NCBI GenBank assembly: GCA_964247055.1
Contig: OZ176054.1
Span: forward strand, 12,152,001-12,216,000
Direction of reading: 5' to 3'
From: Paragordius varius
Taxonomy: Eukaryota > Animalia > Nematomorpha
Length of the DNA stretch: 64,000 nt
Position 1 is the stretch's first letter, and every line of letters begins with the position of its first letter. The translations under genes were made by a program, and so were the position numbers. Below, piece by piece: positions 39,471 to 52,023 of the stretch. Below the pieces are notes generated by a model. The model saw nothing but the letters and a program-made list of their open reading frames with translations. It made no database searches and was not told where the DNA came from.

Positions 39471-40845
39471 TCAGACGAGTAAAATGTGCGCCTGCAAGCA
39501 TGAGAAAAATAAATTCGGGAAATGGTTTACAATTCGAATGAACATCAAAGCAAATTGACTATGATATCCTGCTTTGACGTCAAGAAAATAATTTTGCAAA
39601 TTGTTAAAGATCATATAAAGTGGCTTTATTTTGTAAATCCAGAGCTGAAAGAATCGTGGCGTCCTTTCCGAACCATCAGAAAGAAAACCATTACTGGTGA
39701 AATAGAGAGGTATTGTGCATTATAAATTGAAGCAAACCATTCATACATCCTCAAAAAATGATTATACTATGCATTAATCAAAAAACGAATTAACCAGAAG
39801 ACATGGCTAAGCGCTAAATACAATGATCTAACTCACACAGCAAAACCAAAAGCACCTAAAAATCACTTCGATGTGAACTTATTTTGCATCGGTTGTTTTC
39901 TACCTGGATTCATCTCATATTACCTCGCTAAATGGGGCACACTCTCGTAGATCAACACGAATAATTTCGAAGACGATGAAAATTATAAATGGTTTAGCAT
40001 AAAAGCCATCAGTTTTTCTGGCCTATATATCACCTGACATTTTAAATAAATTTAATTGATTTCCTTGCAAACGTATTTACCAAAAGGTCAATATATTTAG
40101 TGTATAACCCATGACCGTGCCATAAATATAATCGCTTCTCAAAAAGGTGCAAAAAGCCCCTTTTATAAAAAGCTACTATAGCCACTATTTAAGATCCCAA
40201 ATAATTATGTTGAATATACTACAAAAAGATTTATTACGTAATTAAAAATGAACAGACATGTCATATATAAATACATATATATTCTTTAGATTGAATTTTC
40301 CCAAACCAATGATCGAATAGATATTTGGATGGAAACATCAAAACTTGAGAGACGTCGAGCTTTTTTTGAAAGAAAAGTCGTTATACGATATTTTTGTAAC
40401 ACAATACATTCGGATCGAAACTCTGATGGCTATAATGTTTTACTGGATAGAGGAAATTTTCGCATTTTTAAAGTCATCAAAACTTGCTAATTTATTTTAC
40501 TATCATATTTTTTCTTATAATTTCTGCATTCAATAAAATAAAAAATTTGAGAGATTTGAGGTTAATAATGATCCACCTGTACATGTCTTGTTATAAATTA
40601 AACAAAATAATTTGGGAAATCCAATCTTTTTTAGTACAAACAAAATTATTTAACTAACTTTTTTTACAACAAAGTATTTTTTTGTTATTCGTCTTACCAA
40701 GGGTAGCATTTTTAGATGTTTATAATTAAGATTATCACATATTTAACGAATCCATTTTTTAACCTGTTATTCCGATAAATTCTTTGAGTAACATTAATTG
40801 ACTAAACTGTGCATACTTACTTTGATCAATTTTTGCATCAGCCGG

Positions 40846-43800
40846 TGTAAGATGGGATCACACGTAAAAGGAAATATTTATTGTATATCAAAAATATGTC
40901 GAAATATATCAAAAATATATATATCACAATAGGTTATGGTACTGTATATATGTGTGCCTAACTTAATGAGGTATAAATGTATTCAAATTTATCGTGTAAA
41001 GGGCCTTCAAAACTATACAGTTTATTCAAAAATATAATAATACTAAAAACGTTGGTTGCGAGGTTATTCCCTAATTTGATAATACAAAAGAGGTTCATGA
41101 AATAAGCTATTATCTCTTTTGAAACGATGTGGTAATAAATGTAAATTACAACTATAACATCCCTTCCTTCTTCTAACGAAAGTGACGGGTTCTCGCTCCG
41201 TCTTTCCGGTATTTTTGTGGGTAGATATCGCACTATTATTCTCCTGTATATATTTTTTATGGTACCGACTAACCTTTCTACCACCCCATTTCTTTTAGGA
41301 TGGCAGGGGGTAACTTTAATATGTTTCACCCCTAACATACTTATAGTTGACGTAAAGTACTCACTGTTAAAATACGATGCGTTATCGGTAACTATCTCGC
41401 AAAACCAAACCTTGCAAAGTTTCTTCTAGTTTGTGAATTACATTCGCTGCGGTTACCTTTTTTAATATACAACAAATATTAACCATCTACTCCGGCTCTA
41501 TCAATATGCAAACACTTCCACACAGCAACATTATCATCCCAATGATAAGCGGATTTCTGAGTTACATTCTACCTACTACGTTGGCATGATTCATTCTGAC
41601 TACTGGCTTTAACCAGGTCGTTTTCTGATTCTGGCCAGTAAATCTGGCCATCGATTTTATGATACCATCTTTTTTTGGAAGGGCTTTGGAATTATAATCC
41701 GATCATTTAGCCTTAACAAGCCATATTGATATGCCAACTCGTTTTTACGGTTTACAAACTTTTCTAGTTCTGGATAAATCCAGTCATGGATTTTCAACGC
41801 TTTACTTTTTGTAATATCAGATATAAAGCGGTATCTTTTCGAATTTCATCTCTCACATCCTAACAATTTAAAAATCTCAGGTATATGGTAACCGCATAAT
41901 CTTCATCATAGGCATCGATCTCCATCGGCTATCTCGATAAATAATCACCTCTATTTTGTGCCCTGATGAATTTAAAAATCGTATTCAATTATTTTATTAA
42001 TCCATGTTAGCACTCTAGCATTATGTATTTCTTTTAAGTTTGGATCTAAAACTATCTTTACTAATGGTAAATAATCAGTTAATATCAAAAATTTTCTAAC
42101 TATGAAACTTTTTTAGCGCAAACAATGTTGCTTTTAATACTGATAGTGGAGTAGTTCCGTTCGGCATTGCTACATTTTTATCAAGCATATGCGATCGGTA
42201 CCCTTTCACGATTAACCTAATGAAAATTCACCCAAATCCTAAATCTGACGCATCCTTTTCTATTATCAATTTCTTATCAGTATTATATGGTGTTAAACAC
42301 TTTTTCGCTTTACATATTCTTAGCTGAAGCACAGCATTTATCATTCTGGGTCCAAAACCAACTCGCATTTTTAGTAGTTAATTCATCTAAAGGACCGTCT
42401 ATAAGCTGTAATTTTGATATTAAACGTTCATGAAACGTCAACAAAAATCCTAAAAAATTACGTAACGACTTTTTAAGGCCTTTTTAATTCCTTAAATGCC
42501 TTGATTTTGCTTTTCGGGCTTATACCCATTTTTCGATATTTCAGACCCTAAATAGTTCACTAATTCTGCACCTATCATCATTTTATCTTTTCTTAATTTG
42601 AATCCAGCCTTATCGAGACGACTTAATACGTTATTTAAATTGTTAATATGTTCACTTTCCGTCTTACTAGTCGCTAGAACGTCATCTAAATACACACAAG
42701 TTCTCGAACCGTCAGCTAGCACCTGTTTTACTACCTGTTGAAAAGGATGGTTGCCTTGGTCTGTCCGAACGGCATGCGTTTGTATCTAAAAAAAATCTTT
42801 ATGTGTCGAAATAGTTAATAATTGTTAACACTGCTCTGCCACTGGCATCTGGGGGTACGCATCTTTTAGATCAATTTTTGTTGACCTTCGCCTATTTTTG
42901 ACACCAACTCATCAAACGTGGGAATTCTTGCTGCATATTCGTAACTCTCTGTTCGGTTCTACATTAACCGTGGACGTGTCCCATGTCACAGCCGTAATGT
43001 CAGGATCGACCGGTTCTAAGATGCCTAAGTTTTGTAGCCTCGTCAGCTCTTTCTCTACCTTTTCTCTTAATGGAAAAGGCACCCTGCGACATGGCCATAC
43101 TTTCGGGATCGCATTCGCTGCAATGCAATTTTTTACTGGGTCTTTATAACACTCTAACTTTTTTAGAATAAAATCTTAAAATTTTTGCAAATTTTATTCA
43201 ATTTAAGATAATTTTCTTTAACCTGGGCATCTCAATTGGCAATCCAGTCCACAGATAAGTAGTGCAACCATTTTTTTCAGGATAATATGACCCATTTTAC
43301 CGTTTATCTCCAAGTTTACGGTTGTGATGCCCATCATTGAAACTGTGGTGTTATTGTACGATTTGACCGGAGGCGCCGAGGCATATTTTGGCTCACCTAT
43401 TTGCCACCATGCAAAATTCATCACGCTGACATCTGAACCGGTGTAGATAAATTCTTTCCTCAAGCCATTTATCATTATTGTTATAACCAATGGTGTTAGA
43501 GCTAGTTTTGGCCATACGGATATATCCTTTAACAGTAGTCTATTAGTATTAGGTTTCTGTTTTTTGGCTAAGCACATCCTTGCGAAATGATTCAATTTGC
43601 CACATTTGTTGCACCTTCGTTTCCACGCTGGACATTTGTTGGGCGTGTGTGTTCCACAGTGTCTGCATGGTGTTGACGTTTTTGTCATTGGTTGTCGGTA
43701 GCTATTAATTATTTTGGTTGTTACCATATTGTAAACGATTGGTATTTTGCAAACGATCGATATTATTGTATTTTTTTATGATTCTGGCGATAATGCTAGA

Positions 43801-43948
43801 AGCTACTATCTTCATTGATTTGTCCGTCATTGCGTCTTAGCTACCAATGTAAGATGGGACCACACGTAAAAGGAGATATTTATTGCATATTAAAAATAGA
43901 AGGTTCGAAATATATCAAAAATATATTATCACAAAAGGTTATCGTGTT

Positions 43949-43988
<40 letters not shown>

Positions 43989-45221
43989 TAACTTCATGAT
44001 GTAAATGTATCCAAATATATAGAGGTAAAGTGCCTTCAAAACTATACATTTTATACAACAATATAATAACGCTAAAAACATTGGTTGCGAGGTTATTCAC
44101 TAATATGATAACACATACAGTCATGTAGACTATATTTTGTTAAAGATTTACTTTTTTTCGTTAATTGGGTATTAATATTTGGTAAAGAATATTAAAACAA
44201 GAGCTATATGGTATACAATATCATATTCTTTAAAAAATTAAAAGAAGTGTGGGGAAAGGGCGTCAAAAATCTTTGGTAAAAAATGAATTAATATTGTTTA
44301 AAAGGGAATGGTAATATTTTTGTTAATTTTTTGCAAAATTTTATATATTATTTTTTTTGATAAAATTTTTATTTAACACCTAAAATGGGGTATCCAAATA
44401 TACCCCAGACAAAATTTGAGTTAGTATTTTTAATAAACTAGTGTAAGAAACGGTCCCAATTTAAATTTATGCTTCTTTCCTAATAAAAATTATATAAATA
44501 TGGCAAAATATCTAAATAAAATTTTGTTTTGAAAAAAAAAGTTACATGTGAAACAACTTCGACACCATTTTTATTTTACAAATATTTGCAAAATGTCGTC
44601 TTCATTAAGTGTTAAGGGTAAAATTAAATTTAATTTTTTATTTAAATTACATCTTACATTGATAGAAATAGATAAGGCGGTTTATTTGTGTTACACATGT
44701 CACGTTGAAATTTTTACCATTTGTTAGCTTAAAATAACTAATATCAAGAATTTTTGAATAAAATTTTTATATATTTATGTTTATTAATGTTATATAATTG
44801 GAAAATTTTACAATGGTAATATATTTTTTAAAGAATTTAATTTTATGATTATTTAATATAGCATATTTTAAATCGTTCCCATATCAAAACAAAAAAAATT
44901 ATAATTGAGATAAAAATTACGATTTTCCTAACCCTTTTATACAATAATTTTAAGTGAAGGGTAAGTAGTTAGTGTATTTTCATTTTTTACCAAAGATTTC
45001 CGGCGCCCCTCTACACTTCTTTTACTTTTTTAAAGAATATGATGTGGTATATCATATAGCTCTTGTTTTTATATTCTTTACCAAATATTAATACCCAAAT
45101 AACGAAAAAAAAGTAAATCATTAACAAAATATAGTCTACATGACTGTAAAACGTTTATGCAAATGAGCTATTAATCTATTTCAAAGTGATGTGGTAAAAA
45201 ATGTAAGTTACAACTATATCA
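40846..45221 (-). mobile_element. Old, internally deleted Ty3/Gypsy (Mag-like) LTR retrotransposon
   Basis: LTRs 40846-41159 (TG..CA) and 43848-45221 (split by a MITE) are visibly diverged. PPT AGAAGAAGGAAGGGA and PBS-like TGGTAGC. Gag knuckles CRHCGTHTPNKC and CNKCGKLNHFARMC (43218-43727), RT VYLDD (42492-42722), integrase PCHPKRNGVVER (40958-41338). Flanks GCCGG/GTCAG may be a decayed 5-bp TSD. Confidence 0.85.
44118..45146. mobile_element. Tc1/mariner-type MITE inserted in the 5' LTR of element 2
   Basis: TA|CAGTCATGTAGAC ... GTCTACATGACTG|TA, with ~170-bp TIRs. The LTR sequence resumes in register on both sides. Confidence 0.9.
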
Positions 45222-45388
45222 GTCAGCAAAACCTTTGCTTAATCTATATTTATAATCATACCTTTAGAAAACAGTTGTACTCTGCCCGCGTAGTCTTGCA
45301 ATCACTTACAATACAAATTTCAGTTTGATAAATAAATATAAAAAAACATTTTAAATGAATTTATTTTATTGTAAAATGTAATCTGTAA

Positions 45389-48300
45389 TTACATAATACT
45401 GCAACAAGCATTTGGTTTACCCCTAGAAAAAGCGGATGGGAAGGCCTCCAAAATAAGATCCAGTTGTTCTTGATCGCGATGGAGATAGAAATCAAGGATT
45501 TCTTCAGGAGGTTTTTTCATCATCATTTCGGTGATGTTTAGGTTTTTCATACCTTCTTTTTCGGGCTATTTTATAAGTGTAATAAAGCGCAATTTCTGAT
45601 AAAATTTATTTTTTACAAATTTTTGGGGTAGATATCACTTACATAGATCATATTTAAATTTAATTAGTTAATATACTTAAAGTTGTTTTTAATGCTAAAA
45701 GATTATCATAATGGATATGTTTATTTCTAAAAATATGGAAATTTATTTAAAAAGATGTCATAGAATAAATAAAATTTGCGAACGGTTTCGGACACTATAA
45801 CGTATGTCCGTCCTTAGCGTTAAAAAATTTAATAATGAGTATGGATTAAATAATAAATTTCCATAATGTCAAAGATTTTTAAATTTGATTAAATTATATT
45901 CTCCGAGTTTGCCAAATAATTATTTTTTTGATACATCGCTAACGATTATGCAAAACGATTAAAATATTTTATAGCCAAAAGTTCTTCAATTTATTTAACG
46001 ATTTTAAACCAAATTTATCCAATTACTCCTTTTTAAAAAAAGAAGAAATGCAATGTTAAAATAATATTTTTTGTGTACCCATCTCTCTTCTTTTATTGTA
46101 TCAATAGATAGTTCAATCCTTTCAACATTCATTAATGAGTGTTCAGATTTTATCAAATCGTCCAAAGTGATATCTGTAATGCTTTTGTCCGTTTCTAAAT
46201 TGGTTTTTATGATTGTTGCAGAATTTTTGTTGATTGGATTCTTATTAAAAAATATGGTTAATATTGGGTGATACAAGTTAATACCATATGCATTTTACAG
46301 GAATAAAATATATGTTTTATATATTTAAGAAATGGAGGTTTGATATTATTTTAAGGTTTTGCATTCTTAATTGCCTATAGAATAATTTTAAAAATACCGT
46401 ATTTGGCGTTAAAACATAATTCTTTATGAGGTAGAAAAGGTTCCCTAAATTAGACTATCATCATAAACTACTAAATAAAACTCAGTCAATTTTTTCTACA
46501 TACCTTACTAGAACGCAAACACCTATTGTTCTTTATATTTAAAAAATTTTCAGCGCAATATATTGAGTTACCCTAATATAGAGATATATGTGGAGGTTTA
46601 TTAAAAATCAAATTTTAACGCATTATTAGTGCAGTTTTAAAAGTCTAATTAGAAAAACTCTATGGAGTTCCCAAAATATCTAATTTCAAAAATATAATTC
46701 CTTGCTTGTATACTCAACGCGTTTTTTATTTTATTTTATCGTATCATATTTGGTATTTTTACAGTAATCTTCTTTAAAGGACCGTTTTAAATTATAGTCA
46801 ATCACTATACAAACCAATGATAGAAACTATATATACAATATCCACCATTGTTTGACACTTTACATTGGCAAATAATTGATTTATACCAATAATCTGTTAA
46901 TTTATATAAATCAAGATGACTGAATTATAAGAAAGGCAATTCTATATAAAAATATGTTTGAATATACTTCTTCCTTCTCAGTGTCATAGTAACTATTTGC
47001 TAGATGGGAGGATTGAGATTCATTTGATTTGATATACAAACTTTCCTTGTTTTCCATTTGTTTTTTATTAGACTGCGCCATTTTGAGAGAAATCTCACCT
47101 ATAGCTTTTATCTGTTTTTCAATAAAAGCTGATCTCGAATAATCTTTATTATTATTGTTATAGATATTAAAATCGCTAAGAGGGTTAGAGCCTTGGTCGC
47201 ATGTTTCTTGCAAATTTAAGCCATCATGCGTATGTTTCAAAGTCTCATGAGAAGTTGACGAAATAACAGGTACGACATAACTTGTACCCTTAACATTTAC
47301 AAGTTTAAAATATTCACCTTTAGCATTGACAAACAATTTAGCCCGATCTTGTTCAGAACTTTGATGGAGATTACTATTTATCGGTATTTGAAATGGCATA
47401 TTGGACATTTTTCCATTTTCTTTAGTGTTAATATTGGTATTTAAAAATGGCGTGAAACTCTGGTTCCCTACATTCCCAAACACATTTTTACTTAAGGATG
47501 TAACCCCGATTGAATTGCCATTTAATGTTGTTGATATGGATATAGGAGCTGGCAAAAACTGTGGATGCTGAATAAATTTCGTATTAATGTCTCCATAATT
47601 ATTTTTTATATAATATATACCAGGAGCACTTGGAGCTAAATAGTTTGAACAACTGAATAATGGTGTACCTATTGGTTGTTGATTGATTTTGAAATTATCA
47701 AAATGGGTCTTCGTTTGAAAATTTGGAATATTGTTTGGCAGTTGATAGTTATGAAAAGAGTTATTATTATTATTATTAATATTGTTAGCTGTGTTCCAAC
47801 GAGGAAACAACACGCCTCGGGGAAAGATATTATCTTTTATTAAAGCAGACTGTTGATATGGCAATGTCCATGGATTTTGTGGCATTCTTGGAAAAGTAGT
47901 GTTTGTCGTTTTAGCAAATACTTTGGCTTCTAACGGTTTATTTATGTGATTGGATTGCGATATGTAATGATTATAAGGGTTTGATTCAATAGAAGATCCA
48001 TTTGCCTGACTGAATTGGAAAATATTGTAAGGCCGTTTGCACATATTTATTAGAGGGAGTTTATGACCGTATTTAGGCACAGTTATACCAGAAAAAGCCG
48101 AAGATTGGACATTGTTTATATGATAGGGCATATTTTGAATGCTAATTGGCTTTCCTCCCATGGTTAATATGTTAAAATTTTTGTTACCTATAAAAAATGA
48201 TGGTGCAATGGGACCGAAATGGTTAACGTTACATTGGTATGGTTTTGCCCCCAGTTTTTCTGTGAAACTATTTCTTCGTTTACTCATCGGTCTATTCGTT

Positions 48301-48569
48301 GTCAATGATATTTTAGTATGATAATTCGTTTTACCATTGTTTGATTTTGTGTCCTTAGTTGTTTTCCCTTCACAATCCATTTCAGAAACTGTTTTAGACC
48401 TTTGTAAGGTTTCTATCCGCTTTTTACTGGAAAAAACTGGTATTGGCACTTCTATGAATTCATCTGAACTATCTGCCCTTGAATGATCCAATTTTATTTC
48501 TGCACGGTCATTAAGTTCATCGCTTAGAATGAAAGCGTCTCCACTTAACTGGGAAAAAATTGGAGTCAT
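45389..48569 (-). CDS. Orphan low-complexity (Asn/Ser/Pro-rich) protein, ~646 aa, ending in CCSIM; exons 48569-46968, 46240-46079, 45565-45389
   Basis: The 1.6-kb open frame is far too long for chance in this composition. Phase-0 junctions GAA|GTATAT..TAATAAG|AAT and TGG|GTACAC..AAATAG|CCC join three open frames. The last exon ends GKPNACCSIM-TAA, with AATAAA shortly after. No domain recognised, and upstream exons cannot be excluded. Confidence 0.62.
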
Positions 48570-49010
48570 ATTTCGGATCAAATATATTAAATTGCGAAAT
48601 ATTTTTTTAATAATAAATTGCTAATTTTTTAAATAATATGGTTTAAAGCGCGTTCTCACTAATTGTGTGATGTTAATGTCCGTTTTGTTAAACATGTAAA
48701 AAATATTTTTTGATTCGCATGAATAGTCCTTGTGTTTTTTATATATTTACGAAAATAATGAAGAAATACCGGCTGTTACATTTGCTTAACTAAAATACAT
48801 TTTAAAATGAAAATCAAACAATATTTCTTGCATCTTCCTTTATTGATAATTTAAATTAAAGTTCATTTACCTACCAATTAATTATTTTTTATGGTAATAA
48901 ATAAATATAAGGTCGCATTATTTGAAGATTTTCATTACGGCAATAACAAAGTGGTGTATAAAATAAATTTTCAGAAAAGATACCCATCTAGGTGTATTTA
49001 TATGTTTTTA

Positions 49011-50180
49011 CCGGTTTTTTGTAAAAACAATGCAATTTTGAAAGGAAACCCATTTATTAATATTGTACAACGGCTTTTACACATTTGACCCATCGCTCAG
49101 GTAATATATGAAGGCCGGGCCAGAAAAACAGATTGACATTTGCGGTGAACCATTGTTATTATTGAAATGTTGATATGCTAGTGTGTGCCACACATATGCG
49201 TATTTGTATTAATCAGACGGCACCAGGTCAAATAGTGGATGTAAAAAAAATTCCCATCGAAGCAATTTTATGGTGTCTTTTACTGGGTTTACTGTGCGGG
49301 ACGAATTAATGTCGCAAATGTAGGAAAATCTTTTTGTTACGTTTTCTGGCTCATTCCAGTAGTTTTTTGATTATAAGGTTTTAATTAGTTATTTGTTAGC
49401 GATGGTGTATTTTTAAGGATTTCAAAAGTTTATGCTACACAATACCACCCTTGTCCCACAAGACACACAGCATGGTTTTCTGGCCGAAGAGATTTTACGT
49501 TTTTGTGGATGGAATAGCTTGGCAAGATGAAAGCATCGATTTTTTCGAATTGGATTAGGTACAATAATTCTCATCACCCGCCTTAATTTGAGGCAAAAGG
49601 GATTTTTGGCGTACTCATCACACGCCTTAATTTGAGGCAAAAGGGATTTTTGGCGTAACACAATTTCACAATTTGGGATTGATTTGACGTTTAATCAAAT
49701 TTTACGGGACCATTTAACGAGTTTGTAAGTCTTACCCATTGCTCAATACATATATTGTTGTTTTTTGTGACACATATAATACTTCTGCCGATTGCTATTA
49801 AGTTTGAGTTGGAACATCATTCAATAACATTTGCAGTTGGGCTTCGCAGTTGTAAGGTCTATTAGAGCGCCCGCACTCTTTCACATGAAATCACAACTTT
49901 TAATATTTTTAAAGCATGTTTCACATGTGTTAATGGAAGGATCATGTATCATCAATTTTACCCGCAAACGATAACTTTCAATAGTCTTTTTCTTTAGCAA
50001 TGCGTGCCTCAATTCCTTTTCTGACACAAAATTTTACCTATTTACTAATGGTATCAAGAACCTACCTTTTGTGAACTCTACTTGTGTTTATGTCGTTATA
50101 TGTCAGATGAACAAAATGATGTATGTGTCCAATTAATCGACTACCTCCTTTTCTTAGACCTCTTCTATTAGTTAAACCGG
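49011..50180 (-). mobile_element. Decayed mariner element with both ends
   Basis: TA|CCGGTTT ... AAACCGG|TA. Remnant PVKDTIKLLRWEFFLHPLFDLVPSD* (cf. WEVLPHPPYSPDLAPSDY). Contains a 44-bp tandem duplication at 49570-49657. Confidence 0.75.
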
Positions 50181-51139
50181 TAATAATATATGAATACTCC
50201 TGGTACATATCCGAACATTATTTTGATTCGACAAACGTTTAACAGTTGGGTAATCAACGCCATAAATTATAATGTAAGGTTATTATTTTATTAGTTCTAG
50301 ATCCAGATGTTTCAAATGGAAAATAAAAATTCACCTAAAAATTTAACAAATGAATTCGCAGAAGTCTAAATTTCGGTTAATTTTTATTCGTTTCATTTTA
50401 TATTATCGTTAGTTCATTGAGAAGCAATGTGTTAAATCCACCCTGCAATATACTGTCAATTGGTATGAATCATATTCATCCGTATATTATGTTTAAAAGC
50501 AGCAATTATGCTTACTAAAAATGGGGATTTAGCGCCATTAAAACAAAAACGCACCCCACATGAATTTTGCTTATATGTTAATATTTAAACCAAAAATTTG
50601 ATATATATCTAGTTCGCTCATGTCTCTTCCCCAGGGACTTGGTAAAAAGACAAAAGTGGATAATTCCCAAGCTGTATATTTTAACCTAAGGAATAGCCTA
50701 CCCATACACATACCATATTTAAGTCTCATAAACATTTAGCATAAAAATATTATATATTTATATCGATTAAGGTACATAAACTATTAAATCTTTATTCTAA
50801 AAGGGTTAAATATTTTGTCGTTAGATATATTTTATTAATGCAAATTCCACCCAAATTTTATCTTATACCAAAAGATAATTAATATTTTTTTATTTGAAAA
50901 TGACCATAAAAACTAACGTCATAACTATTTTATTATGTCACCTTTGATACATTTATAATGACTAAATAGTTGTTTATTTTTAGAATTTCTCAAGGTCCAA
51001 TATGTGGTCATTATGACCTCTTTATATACAAACATTGAATAGATCATTATATTAAATTGCGCATAATATATATTTAATTCGGTGACTGCTAAAAATGTAT
51101 CGAGATTTGTAAAAATTAATAGAGACTAAAATATATAAG

Positions 51140-51335
51140 CAGTATACAATATGAGTAAGTATGCATTGTAGAAAGTTATTAATTATTGTCAAATAGCATA
51201 TACAACAAAGGGAAGTATTATTGGCTATCATTTTTTCACTTTTTACTATAATTAGCCAAAAATAATTCTCTTAGCTTGCATATGATATTTGGCAATAATT
51301 GGTAACTTACTAGCAATATACTTACTCATACTGTA
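51140..51335. repeat. Small imperfect inverted repeat / MITE
   Basis: ATATGAGTAAGTATGCATTG... vs ...CAATATACTTACTCATACT. Confidence 0.45.
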
Positions 51336-52023
51336 TTTTGCATTGCAATTTCACAGAATCTGTTGCAAAATATAAAATTATTTTTTGAGTTGTGTATTCA
51401 TTTATTTATTGATGTCAATTGCATACATGTTATGCCCATGCCATATTTTAGCTGAACATTTTATATGGCAATTACAAATTATTATACTCATGAACTAGAA
51501 ATATTTACCAATGTAGATAGATATATTTAGTCACAATTGTATTATTTAGTTAACCGGAATACTCCTTATCCAAAGTGTTTTCCTACACTCTTAATTTCCA
51601 GTATGGCATGTAAAATGTTGAAAAAATATTATTTTTGAATTTTTTTTGTAAGATATCATGACCCGTGGCACTTGCAAAAGTATTTTTTGATTGAAGCAAA
51701 TTGTCTAGGGCTGAAATTTCTCTTTATTATTAATATTATTATTGGTAACTAAATTAACTGATTTGCGTTTTGTTGGAGATGATACAAGCGGTGGTGTTTT
51801 AACTTTTTTCGTTGGGGGTATATCATCAGCTAAACTCATGTCGCTATTTGAATGATCATTTGCACCATGGCTAAAAAATTTAAAGTTTGGGTAAAAAAAT
51901 ATGTGAAATAATACCATTTTTAATTAAACACATTATATTTGTTCATTCATTTTTCGACTTGGAAACGATTCCCCTTTTGTGACAATCAAAACTAATAGTT
52001 TAGTGATTTCACTGTTTTTAATA

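Noticed and set aside
39522-40040. 67-aa plus ORF and adjacent moderately GC-rich sequence
   Set aside because: Could be an exon or a TE remnant, but there is no motif or consistent splice chain, so it is left unannotated.
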